Shown here: positions 47,823-57,700 of the stretch, piece after piece
How the letters are laid out: every line of letters begins with the position of its first letter
How positions within the stretch are numbered: position 1 is the stretch's first letter
NCBI GenBank assembly: GCA_040830765.1
Contig: JBFOMH010000001.1
Coordinates: 19,201-83,200, forward strand
Direction: 5' to 3'
Length of the DNA: 64,000 nt
DNA from: Puniceicoccaceae bacterium
GTDB taxonomy: Bacteria; Verrucomicrobiota; Verrucomicrobiia; Opitutales; Oceanipulchritudinaceae
The notes under the pieces: generated by a model
Database searches by the model: none
What the model saw: only the letters and a program-made list of their open reading frames with translations
What the model was told of the DNA's origin: nothing
Made by a program: the position numbers and the translations under genes

Positions 47823-49187
47823 ATGAAACGAAAGTCTATCTACCTCACCACCCTGCTTGCGGCCGTCACCTCCCTGACAGCTGGCGAGTGGAAAATGCTC
47901 TTTAACGGGGAAACTCTCGACGGGTGGGAAGTCCTTAATGGGACCGCGCCTTATTCCGTTATCGGGGATTCCATTGTCGGCGTGACCCGGCATGGCACGC
48001 GGAACACCTTCCTGGCAACAAAGGAGACGTACGGTGATTTCATCCTCGAATTGGACTTCAAGCAGGATGAGGCCAGTAATTCCGGGGTCCAGTTCCGCAG
48101 CCTGAGCAAGAAGGACTATCAGGACGGCCGGGTCCATGGCTACCAGAGCGAAATCGATCCCAGCCCGAGAAAATGGACGGCCGGCATATATGAGGAGGGA
48201 CGCCGGGGGTGGCTTTATCCGGTAACCCTGAATCCGGAGGCCAAGGATCTTTACCAGCATGGCAAGTGGAACCATCTCCGCATTGAGGCCATTGGGCATA
48301 GTCTGCGGACTTTCCTGAATGGCGTACCGGTGGCCCATGTCATCGATGATATGATTCCCGAGGGGTTTATCGCCCTCCAGGTCCACTCTGTCCGGAATCC
48401 TGAAGAATCCGGAAAGCGGACCTACTGGAAGAACATCCGCATCCAGACGGAAGACCTGACACCCTCGCCGGTAGACATGGACCTCTACATTCGCAACCTG
48501 ATCCCCAATCATCTTAGCGAGGCGGAAAAGCAGCAGGGCTGGCGCTTGCTCTGGGATGGGGAAACCACCGAGGGCTGGCGTGGTGCTGGGAAGGAGTCAT
48601 TCCCTGAAGATGGCTGGTCGATCGAGGATGGTTGTCTGGTTGTCCATGAGTCCGGCGGCGGCGAGGCAAGGCATGGTGGGGACATCGTGACCATGGATGA
48701 GTTCTCAGCGTTCGAGTTCCAGGTCGACTTCTGGCTCAGCAAAGGGGCCAACAGCGGTATCAAGTATTTCATTACAGAGGGATACAACGTCAAGGGTGCC
48801 TCCTCGATTGGACTGGAGTACCAGTTGCTCGACGATGAACGCCATCCCGACGCGAAATTGGGCGTAGCCGGGAACCGGACGCTGGCATCCCTATACGACC
48901 TCTATCCCTCCTACAAGACAGTCATTGGCAGGACTGTTCCCCGCCCGATCGAAAAGTGGGGTCATGCACGGCTGATTGTCCACCCCGACAACCGGGTTGA
49001 GCACTGGCTGGAAGGTTATCCCGTCCTCGAATATGATCGGGGCTCTCCCATTCTCCTGGCCGCCATAGCCCGCTCCAAGTACGTGGACTGGGAGGGCTTC
49101 GGTGTCTGGCCACAGGGACATCTCCTGCTCCAGGATCACGGGAATCTGGTCAAGTTCCGCAGTATCAAGGTCCGGGAGCTGAAGTAA
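47823..49187 (+). CDS. Secreted tandem DUF1080 (3-keto-disaccharide hydrolase-like) protein
   Basis: LFNGETLDGW...NSGV.FR...GFIALQ.H...KNIRI, repeated twice. Confidence 0.88.
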   Translation: MKRKSIYLTTLLAAVTSLTAGEWKMLFNGETLDGWEVLNGTAPYSVIGDSIVGVTRHGTRNTFLATKETYGDFILELDFKQDEASNSGVQFRSLSKKDYQDGRVHGYQSEIDPSPRKWTAGIYEEGRRGWLYPVTLNPEAKDLYQHGKWNHLRIEAIGHSLRTFLNGVPVAHVIDDMIPEGFIALQVHSVRNPEESGKRTYWKNIRIQTEDLTPSPVDMDLYIRNLIPNHLSEAEKQQGWRLLWDGETTEGWRGAGKESFPEDGWSIEDGCLVVHESGGGEARHGGDIVTMDEFSAFEFQVDFWLSKGANSGIKYFITEGYNVKGASSIGLEYQLLDDERHPDAKLGVAGNRTLASLYDLYPSYKTVIGRTVPRPIEKWGHARLIVHPDNRVEHWLEGYPVLEYDRGSPILLAAIARSKYVDWEGFGVWPQGHLLLQDHGNLVKFRSIKVRELK

Positions 49188-49215
49188 GCCTCCTGTCCCT
49201 TCCATTCGGATAACC

Positions 49216-50271
49216 CTACTCGATAACCGGCGGAAACCGTTGCGCCCTGACCGGTTCGTCCTCGGTCAGGGAGATCCCAGGCATCAGGGCTAATTGCATC
49301 CATTCATGCGGGTAACCATGGCTGGTTGGCAATTTGTCCTTGAGTTGCTGGTAGGCCGCATCCGGCAGGTCCCAGCGACCCGCTTCCATGGAGGCGGACA
49401 ACTGATCAACGGTACGGGCGCCGGCAATGACGGATGTCACGGCCTTGTCCTTGAGGACCCATGACAGGGCGAGTGTAGCCGGGGTCTTGTCATGCTCACT
49501 GGCAAGCTCACAAAGTAACTCCACCAGCTCCATTGATTCCTTGAAGATGTAACGGTCGACAAGATTCTTCATCGTCTTGAACCGGTCGGCGGCCATCGCC
49601 TCTTCAGCGGTTCGATACTTGCCGGTCAGCAACCCCGCTGCCAGCGGGCTCCAACAAAGGATGCCCATGCCCTGATCGACGCAGGCCGGGAGGATTTCCG
49701 TCTCGATATCCCGGCGAACCAGGTTGTAGAGATACTGCCCGGAAACAAATGGCTCAAAGCCCCGCATCGCCGCTATACCGTTCGCCTTCATTAGCTGCCA
49801 CGCATATAGATTGGAACACCCGGCATACCGGATCTTGCCGGCGGTGATGAGATCATCCAACGCACGCATCGTCTCCTCAATTGGCGTAAAGGGATCCGGA
49901 CCATGAATCTGGTAAAGGTCCATATAGTCGAGATTCATGCGATTCAGGGATGCCTCGCAGGCCTCGACGATATGCTTGCGCGACAGCCAGCGCCCGTTGG
50001 GCGAGTCGTCCACCGGAAACCAGCACTTCGAGGCAATAACAAGACGGGTCAAGTCGCGGCCCTTGAGGGCCTTCCCAAGAATGACCTCGGATTCCCCCTT
50101 TGAATACAGGTCGGCCGTATCGATAAAATTGCCACCTCCATCGATAAAGGCATCAACTATACGTTTTGACTCATCGAGGTCGCACCCCCATGCCTTGTTG
50201 CCGAAGGTCATGGTTCCCAAGCAGATGCGGGATACTGCAAGTCCTGATTTTCCCAAGTAACGATATTTCAT
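49216..50271 (-). CDS. Aldo/keto reductase
   Basis: LGKSGLAVSRICLGTMTFG, DTADLY..G.SE, DLYQIH, GKIRY.G.SN, WSPLAAGLLTGKY. Confidence 0.92.
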   Translation of the reverse strand: MKYRYLGKSGLAVSRICLGTMTFGNKAWGCDLDESKRIVDAFIDGGGNFIDTADLYSKGESEVILGKALKGRDLTRLVIASKCWFPVDDSPNGRWLSRKHIVEACEASLNRMNLDYMDLYQIHGPDPFTPIEETMRALDDLITAGKIRYAGCSNLYAWQLMKANGIAAMRGFEPFVSGQYLYNLVRRDIETEILPACVDQGMGILCWSPLAAGLLTGKYRTAEEAMAADRFKTMKNLVDRYIFKESMELVELLCELASEHDKTPATLALSWVLKDKAVTSVIAGARTVDQLSASMEAGRWDLPDAAYQQLKDKLPTSHGYPHEWMQLALMPGISLTEDEPVRAQRFPPVIE

Positions 50272-50456
50272 GGGAGTAACCGTAACAGCCGAGTGCCCAG
50301 ATTCAACCTGTTTCAGAATGAGCGGTTATGCTGTCGATTCTATAAGTTCCTGAAAGTGCATTTATTACTTAAAAGTAAACAACTAATTGGTCTTCATACA
50401 GTTAGGTAAAGATACCAATTGTCGTACAAAGAATTGGGAGAATGCTTTCCGGCGTT

Positions 50457-52154
50457 ATGAAACGCTTCCCCAAAAGTGCCAGCATCCTCTTCATCACAGC
50501 CCTCGTTGCGGGCCCCTACGCAGAGGCGCGTCCCTTTGAAATTATCGCGCAATCGGACCCGAAAATCACCACGCACCAACTCCAGTCCGGCGATTTTACC
50601 CTCGGGGTGACGGATTTGGGCGGTGGCTCCATCAATATGATGCGACTCCCGGGCGTTGGTGACATTTCCACCCAGGAAGCGGACCGGTATGGCCGAATGG
50701 GACAAATGGCGGTGCGGGACAGCCTCCACGGCGGTCGCTACAATCCCACGCAGGCGGGATTCTACGAAACGCTTGGGACGCAATGCGAAATCACCACCAC
50801 CCCTGGCAAGCTGACCCTTGAGCCGCGGGGAATCGCCCTCTGGCACGGCGATGGCCAGTACGACTTTACCGAGTGGGAGAACATCGGGAGAGACCCCTAT
50901 GGTAGTGATGGTGGCAATACAGACGAGGACGGATTGGATGAATCCAGCCTCTCCGTGATCATCAACGGCCGTACCTTCACCAAGCAGGAGGCCGAGGTCT
51001 ACAGCGAGTATGACTTCTACGGCAACTACGAGGACTACAAGGGCAAACTGGGCATCGAGACCTCCGCCATCCGTCATTATGCGGAGTTCCGCTTTATCCG
51101 GGAACCCGGCCATTGCGTCTACCAGCACCGTGAAGGCACCAAGCTCTACAATCCTGCCCTGATTCAGGGAGACATTTCGGTTGAAAAACCTGCCGGTACC
51201 CACCGTGGGACCGAGGGCGAGCTAAGCAATCCAATCAAGGCATGGAACATTCGCTACGACAATGTCGAGTGGAACGCGCCCTATCGCTGGGTCAACCAGA
51301 GCAGTACCCAGTGGTCAGTCGAGCAGCGCAGCTCGCGCATCTACCGGGTCGACAACCCGGCCCGGGCCGCCATTATCATTTCCGAGTCCTCAAATGCTGA
51401 CATTGGCCGGGCAATGGGCATTTACTATCCGAAGTCGGAGGTCAATAACTACCCGGTGATTGGTGTTGTCGAGGCCAACGGAAGCATCGCCTACAAGGAT
51501 CCCCGGACAAACCTCATCAAGGCGGTTGATGATCCCACGGTCGTCCGTGGTGACATGTCGAAGATTGGATTCACGACCCGCATTCGCGGCATGATTGACC
51601 GGAGCCGGCTTGCCCCGGGGGTCTACGAGACCTGGCGGGAAGAATACTTCATCTTTTACGGCACCCCGCGCCAAATCATGAATGCCATCGCGGCCTACGA
51701 GGCACCGAAAATTTCCCAGACGATTACCTTTGCCCCGCTGGAAACGGCTGCAGTCGGTGAGGCAGACAGGATTTTGTCAGCCACTGCCACCTCCGGCTTG
51801 CCGGTCAGTTATTACAGTTCGGATCCAGATGTGGCAGTCGTCAACGGCAACACCCTGCAGTTTGTCGGTCCCGGAGAGGCAACTATCACGGCAATTCAAG
51901 GCGGGAGCCTGAATTTCAACATTGCCCCCGATGTTGAGCGAACCCTCGTTGTCACCGGTGAGGTCATCGGAGGAGGCCAATGGGCCGGTTACGACATCGT
52001 CAGTGAACAGTTCGTTGATACCATGGGCTGGATGGGTTGGCTGAATATCGCCAATGAGCCCTACATCTACTCGGAATCACTGACGCAATGGATCTACCTT
52101 CAGGAAGACCAGGTCAGCCAATCCGGTGCATGGTCCTACCTGTTCAACTACTGA
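50457..52154 (+). CDS. Secreted protein: uncharacterised N-terminal domain, Ig-like domain and the 57-aa W-rich C-terminal domain
   Basis: Signal peptide; SQTITFAPL...SATATSGLPVSY..S...VA...G.GEATITA.Q.G Ig-like repeat; WAGY tail. Confidence 0.78.
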   Translation: MKRFPKSASILFITALVAGPYAEARPFEIIAQSDPKITTHQLQSGDFTLGVTDLGGGSINMMRLPGVGDISTQEADRYGRMGQMAVRDSLHGGRYNPTQAGFYETLGTQCEITTTPGKLTLEPRGIALWHGDGQYDFTEWENIGRDPYGSDGGNTDEDGLDESSLSVIINGRTFTKQEAEVYSEYDFYGNYEDYKGKLGIETSAIRHYAEFRFIREPGHCVYQHREGTKLYNPALIQGDISVEKPAGTHRGTEGELSNPIKAWNIRYDNVEWNAPYRWVNQSSTQWSVEQRSSRIYRVDNPARAAIIISESSNADIGRAMGIYYPKSEVNNYPVIGVVEANGSIAYKDPRTNLIKAVDDPTVVRGDMSKIGFTTRIRGMIDRSRLAPGVYETWREEYFIFYGTPRQIMNAIAAYEAPKISQTITFAPLETAAVGEADRILSATATSGLPVSYYSSDPDVAVVNGNTLQFVGPGEATITAIQGGSLNFNIAPDVERTLVVTGEVIGGGQWAGYDIVSEQFVDTMGWMGWLNIANEPYIYSESLTQWIYLQEDQVSQSGAWSYLFNY

Positions 52155-52158
52155 TTTT

Positions 52159-53211
52159 TTAGTCCGCGACCACCACGGAATAACCGATCGTATCGTAGGT
52201 GCTCATGGCTTCTAGAACCCGGGAGATATCCTCCATGGGCACCTCCTCGTAGACAAGGTCCTGCGGACTGATGCGGCCGGCCTCGATCATGCGCAGCATC
52301 TCCGGATAGCAGCGGGCCTGCATGCCCATGGAACCGCGAATTTCGAGTTCCCGTCCGGTCAGCATGTCGGCGGGAAGCGGCAGAAAGCCGGATTCCTCCT
52401 TGCCGGACATGCCCATCCGGACCATGCGACCGCGGGTCCGCAAGGACATGATGGCCGGCATCCAGGTGGCGGATGTTCCCAGGCACTCCAGTGAGACGTG
52501 GACCCCTCCGTTGGTCATTTCCTGGATTTGTTCCGCGGTGTCATCCCCTGCCTGGACGGTAGCCACGGCACCCAGCTCCATCGCCTTGTCTAGCTTAGCC
52601 TGGGTACGCGAAACGGCGATTACATTAGCCCCCATGGCGCTGGCAACGTCGACCGCGGCAAGACCGACCCCGCCGCAGCCCCAGACAGCCACCCAGTCGC
52701 CGGGCTTGATATCTCCCTGGTAGGTCACCCCGTGATAGGCCGTCATGAAGCGGCAACCAAGGGCGGCCCCCTGGACAAAGGAAATGGCCTCCGGAAGCGG
52801 GACCAGGTTCACATCCGCATTGGCCACGGGCGAGTATTCCCCGAAGCCACCCGCTCCCATGAACATTGACAGGGCCATGTTGGCGCAGACTTGCTGGTTT
52901 CCCTCGGCACAAGCAGCACACTTTCCGCAGGCCTGATTGAAGGGGAAAACAACCTGGTCGCCCTTCTTGAAACGGGTCACGTTGGCGCCCACTTCCTCCA
53001 CAATGCCGGCGCTCTCATGACCAAGCACAACCGGCAGGGGCGGCTTGAAGCCCATCCATTCCCAGTCACCTTGCCACAGGTGCCAGTCGGAACGACAGAT
53101 GCCGTTGGCCATGATCTTGACAATGGCATCGTTGGGCCCGATTTCCGGATCCTTCCAGCCGTTGCGGATTTTCAATGGTTCATTAAAGGCTTCGAGTACG
53201 GCTGCACGCAT
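52159..53211 (-). CDS. Zinc-dependent alcohol dehydrogenase (MDR family)
   Basis: GICRSDWH, LGHE..G, CGKC..C..G...VC, GCRFMTAY, GCGGVG. Confidence 0.9.
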   Translation of the reverse strand: MRAAVLEAFNEPLKIRNGWKDPEIGPNDAIVKIMANGICRSDWHLWQGDWEWMGFKPPLPVVLGHESAGIVEEVGANVTRFKKGDQVVFPFNQACGKCAACAEGNQQVCANMALSMFMGAGGFGEYSPVANADVNLVPLPEAISFVQGAALGCRFMTAYHGVTYQGDIKPGDWVAVWGCGGVGLAAVDVASAMGANVIAVSRTQAKLDKAMELGAVATVQAGDDTAEQIQEMTNGGVHVSLECLGTSATWMPAIMSLRTRGRMVRMGMSGKEESGFLPLPADMLTGRELEIRGSMGMQARCYPEMLRMIEAGRISPQDLVYEEVPMEDISRVLEAMSTYDTIGYSVVVAD

Positions 53212-53442
53212 GATGTTCCTTGGGTTGTGATGAGAGAGAGGTCGGGGAATCGCAAAGCGCCCCTTCACCTAAAATCAAAAATTGAACCAGACAAGGAGTC
53301 AATGCTGCCTTCCTGGAGGACAGTCCAAGCGCTGCTGGAGGGACAAGGTGATTGCCTATTCAGTCGCAAAGTGCTAATAGAATGGAGCCCCCGAAGCTGT
53401 TACGCCCCAATCCGAAGCCCTGAACCCCGAATCCATACCCCG

Positions 53443-54645
53443 ATGAACACAAAAACAAACCTGTTATTCATACTGGCTATTACCAGCGCCCCACTCTGTC
53501 CGGCTGCCTCGATGGTTATTCTGGATGTCGGTGGCGGACCATCGGGCCTGTCTGCGGATGGAAGTTACCTCATCGGCTCCGATTCCTCCGGACCCTACCG
53601 CTGGAACAATGGCAACGTCCTCTATCTCAGTGAATCGACCAGTGTCCAGCTTAGTGACCTCTCAGCTGACGGCCAAATCCTGGTCGGAACGGAATTCCCA
53701 ACGGCCTTTCAGTGGGAAAACGGCATTCGGACAGATCTTCAGTTGCCCTTTGTGATCAATCCCCGGACTGTTGCCACGGCCATTTCCGCCGATGGAACGG
53801 TCATCGTGGGCAATTATTCCCCTCCCATTAATGGCACAGGCGGACCTGAAGCGATTATGTGGAAGGATGGCGTATTTTTGCCATTGGGAAAATTGAACGA
53901 GAACGGCGAAAGTTATGCCACCGATGTCTCAGGCGATGGTTCCATCATCGTTGGCCGGGCCCATCCAGCCGATACAACAGATGACTGGGTTACCTTCCGT
54001 TGGGAGAGCGGGACCATGAGCAGTCTGGGGCATCCGCAGGAAGGCAATGCACGGACGACCGCCAGTGCCATTTCCAGCGATGGGAGTTTCATTGTCGGCT
54101 CAACGGAGTTCAGCGATACTGATGAGCGCGCCTTCGTTTGGGAAAGTGATGCCTTCACCATCCTCCCCCATCCGGATCCGTCAAGTGTCGGAAGCCGGGT
54201 CCTTGATGTCTCTGGGGACGGTTCTGTGCTGGTCGGTTATACTAACTTCCCTGGCGATTGGAGTTACCCGGCAATCTGGTTTTACGATAACGTGTATACC
54301 GCAAGGCTGCTCGTCGATTACCTTGCAGAGATAGGCATTGTGATTGGAGACTTTGAGATATTTGAACTCACCGACGTGAGTTCTGACGGGTCCACCATCG
54401 CCGGAGTTGGCTGGTATCCGACAGAAGGCACTAACCGGCCCTTTATCGTCCGCTTAACCGAGTCCCAGGAATGGGCCGGCTACGAGGTCCTGCCGGACGG
54501 ACAAAGCGTCAACACAGAGGGATTTCTTGGTTACATTGACATCTCCCAGACGCCCTGGGTCTGGGTTTACGGACTCGGGACCTATGTCTACATGGATGAG
54601 TCCTATGTCACTGCCTCCGGTGGCTGGCTCTGGCTGCCGCAATGA
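53443..54645 (+). CDS. Secreted HAF-type extracellular-repeat (beta-propeller) protein with the 57-aa W-rich C-terminal domain
   Basis: About 7 repeats of [IVL]S.DG..[IL][VIA]G...AF.W; signal peptide. Confidence 0.82.
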   Translation: MNTKTNLLFILAITSAPLCPAASMVILDVGGGPSGLSADGSYLIGSDSSGPYRWNNGNVLYLSESTSVQLSDLSADGQILVGTEFPTAFQWENGIRTDLQLPFVINPRTVATAISADGTVIVGNYSPPINGTGGPEAIMWKDGVFLPLGKLNENGESYATDVSGDGSIIVGRAHPADTTDDWVTFRWESGTMSSLGHPQEGNARTTASAISSDGSFIVGSTEFSDTDERAFVWESDAFTILPHPDPSSVGSRVLDVSGDGSVLVGYTNFPGDWSYPAIWFYDNVYTARLLVDYLAEIGIVIGDFEIFELTDVSSDGSTIAGVGWYPTEGTNRPFIVRLTESQEWAGYEVLPDGQSVNTEGFLGYIDISQTPWVWVYGLGTYVYMDESYVTASGGWLWLPQ

Positions 54646-54697
54646 GGATTTATGGTTTCGGAATTAGTTTTCCTGACAATGATGTAACGGGTCCTCG

Positions 54698-54715
54698 TGT
54701 AGATATATTTCTACA
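54698..54715 (+). promoter_or_regulatory. Palindrome TGTAGA-N6-TCTACA, candidate operator upstream of the DUF1800 operon
   Basis: Perfect 6-bp arms in an AT-rich intergenic region. Confidence 0.35.
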
Positions 54716-54798
54716 GGCGATTTTGATTGGTGCACTTGCCAAATTCGAAATTTCTTCCTTGATAAATTACCGAATTATTATTAGTAAAATAAATTGGG

Positions 54799-57700
54799 AT
54801 GTTTAGGAGGTTTTATACTTGTGTGCCCAGTCCTCTATCAACAATTGGCAATTCCTTTTCGGTAAAAAGACATAGGCAGGCTTTTGTCGGACTCATTTCA
54901 CTCACAATAATCTTGGGCAACGCCATATCCTGCTGGGCGGAGGGCATTAAATATCAAATAGGCCCCATACAACACGATGAACCGAGGGAAGTGAATTTTG
55001 CCTTTGTCGATCTCCCAGGCAGCCCGGATCAATCAGACAATCATTATTACTTCCAAGGGAGTTATCCAAGTCCTGTAGGAGAAGTTGCAGAGGATGAGGG
55101 ATGGAAGTTCGGTTTCCCCGGGTTCATCAGAAAAAGCCCATTAAACTTCTACCTCTATCTTCCGTATCTGGACGATCACTCACTGGACGGGAGAGTGACT
55201 ATCCTCGTCAACACAACAGGGCTTTCGATAAGTAATGACAATACTCATGAGTGGATTGAGGAAAACGTATACGGCACATTGGGAATATTCCACAATGGAG
55301 TCTCCACCGGATTGAATTTTGAGATAGAAAACCGATTTGCCCTGCACTCAGGAAGCTTCCTGATGAAACCGCCCGGGGAATTCGGATTCAATTATATCGA
55401 GCTGAGGATGATTGACTATGGCGTTAGAGACTCCGGTTCAACCGACCCACTCACTCCATGGTTGTCGATGGACATGATTGAAGTGATAGTGGAACCGTAT
55501 TATTACGAGGATAGGGATCAGGATGGATTGCCGAGGTCATGGGAAGAAGATAACCTGCTGGATGACAACAACCCGGCCGATGCCCTTCTGGATCTCGACG
55601 GCGATGGCAGCAATAACCTTCAAGAGTATGAGGACGGAACCTTCATCCGCGCGAGGGACACAGACGGCGACGGACTCCTGGATGGAGAAGAAGTTTTAAG
55701 TGATCCCTTAAAGCAGGATACTGACGATGATGGCGTAAGTGACTATGCGGAAGTCAAGGGATCCATATTGTCGGACCCGACTAAGGAGGATTCCGATGAA
55801 GATGGGAGTTATGATGCCTGGGAACTGGCAACAGGATTCGATCCGATGGATCCAGATGAAACGCCTCCTCTTTTTGAAGGAGCCATAGGCATTAACTTTA
55901 TTGTTTATGGACCAACCAGGAATTCGAAAGTCCTTGCCAACCAAGTTGCCGGTGTTGTTCCACAATTAAACTGGAACAACATACCTTTGGGTTTCGAAGA
56001 GATAAACAACGCGGTATTTTCGCCTGCGACATCAACTGGAGGGACTTCCAGTGCCACCGTGGCCCTGAATATCAAAAATGCTGAATACTATTTCGAGGAA
56101 ACGACGGACTACAGGCCATCTGAGAAACTCTTCCAACCCCTGTTCAAGGATCCAGTAAATCTTGCATTTGACACGACCATTTCGGTCACAGACATCCCCT
56201 ATTCTCTATACGATGTTATTGTTTACGTGAGTGGCGGTAGTCTGATCCTCACAGCCGGTGACAGTGACGGAACGATCATCATTAACGACGATTCCGAGAC
56301 AGCAGCAACTTTCAGGCCCAATCCCTTGAATATTCATGACATGGCTTTCCAAAGGATTTTGCCAGGCCTTCACAATGGTCAACAGGCAGGTAATTATATC
56401 CGGTATTCAAATCTTTCCGACCCATCTCTGAAAATCGAACTGGTTCATGGTGAGAGTGAGGACTTCGGATCACACAATGGGATAAGTGCAGTTCAGATTG
56501 TCGATATGGCAACAGATACTGATGAGGACGGACTTCCCGATAACTGGGAAATCGAGCATGGCCTGCATCTTCACGAACCAGGCGATGCAGGGCTTGATAT
56601 CGACGAGGATGGGTTGAGCGCACTGGAAGAATTTGGTCGCGATACAGATCCAAGGTTGAAGGATACCGATGGGGACGGTCTTTCGGACAAGGTTGAGTCC
56701 GGTTCAGGAATCTACATCAGCCTGGAGGACACCGGCACCAATCCCCGGAATCCTGACACGGACAATGACCGTCTTTCCGACAGGGATGAAGTTTATTCGA
56801 CTTTCGTGGCAAGTAATCCCAATTTGTATGATACTGACGGCGATGGCCTGAACGACCGGGAGGAGCTTGAAGCCGGAACCCATCCACTCAGCTCTCCGGA
56901 TTTAAGGCCCGCATTTCCAACCGTGAACATGCAAGGCACTGAAGTCAGGTGGACGATAGATAACCTGCAAATATTCACCAACCGGACAGAAAGCGTGTCC
57001 GCTGCCATTTTTAACATTTTCATGTCCCTCAATGAGCGCTCGACTGAAGTGACCGTTGATCTTTCGATTTCTGAAGATACCCAGTCGATTATTCCCGCTT
57101 TCACCATGAGTGGGCCTGACTTTTTCACACATCAGGACTTTGGGACCTATAACCGTCATTCATTCGGAATGCAATTGGGTGAACCGAACTGGGAAATATT
57201 CGGCCTCTTGAATTTGCCCATCCCACAATTGTCGGACCGCCTAAAATTCGACATCCTATTTTCACGGGAGGACGTTGTTGAGAATATGTGGATTCTGGAC
57301 CTTTCCGTCTTCAATTATGACCTTGGCGAAATTATCTACGAGGAAAGCGTGTCCGGTTTCATCGCCTCGCCTGAAGTGCTGAGTGGGCTCCTTGAATGGT
57401 CGGCTGACGGGGAAACCCATCCGAAAGTATCAACCGCCGGCAATACGGAAGTTCTGTTTTCAGCCGAGCCTGTTGCCTTGCATCCAAAGTGGTCCATTTA
57501 CCGTGACAATGACGATGATGGTTTACTGGATGAGTGGGAGAAGGCCTATGGATATCCGACCGATCTCTACAATGACCCATTGGCTGATTCGGATTTGGAC
57601 GGACTCAGGGAATACGAGGAGAGCCTGCTCAACCTGAATCCAAGCAGCAGTGATTCAGATATGGATGGAATCGGGGACCGGGAAGATGCTTTTGCCTACG

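Noticed and set aside
51981..52154. The W-rich tails as T9SS CTD, PEP-CTERM or autotransporter barrel
   Set aside because: No YPNP or G.Y...K motifs of the T9SS CTD, no TM helix with basic tail, and far too short for a barrel.
52891..53442. N-terminal extension of the HAF-repeat ORF; likewise extensions at 23607, 27870, 17267, 41135 and 61270
   Set aside because: They overlap neighbouring genes; signal peptides or family N-termini begin at downstream ATGs.
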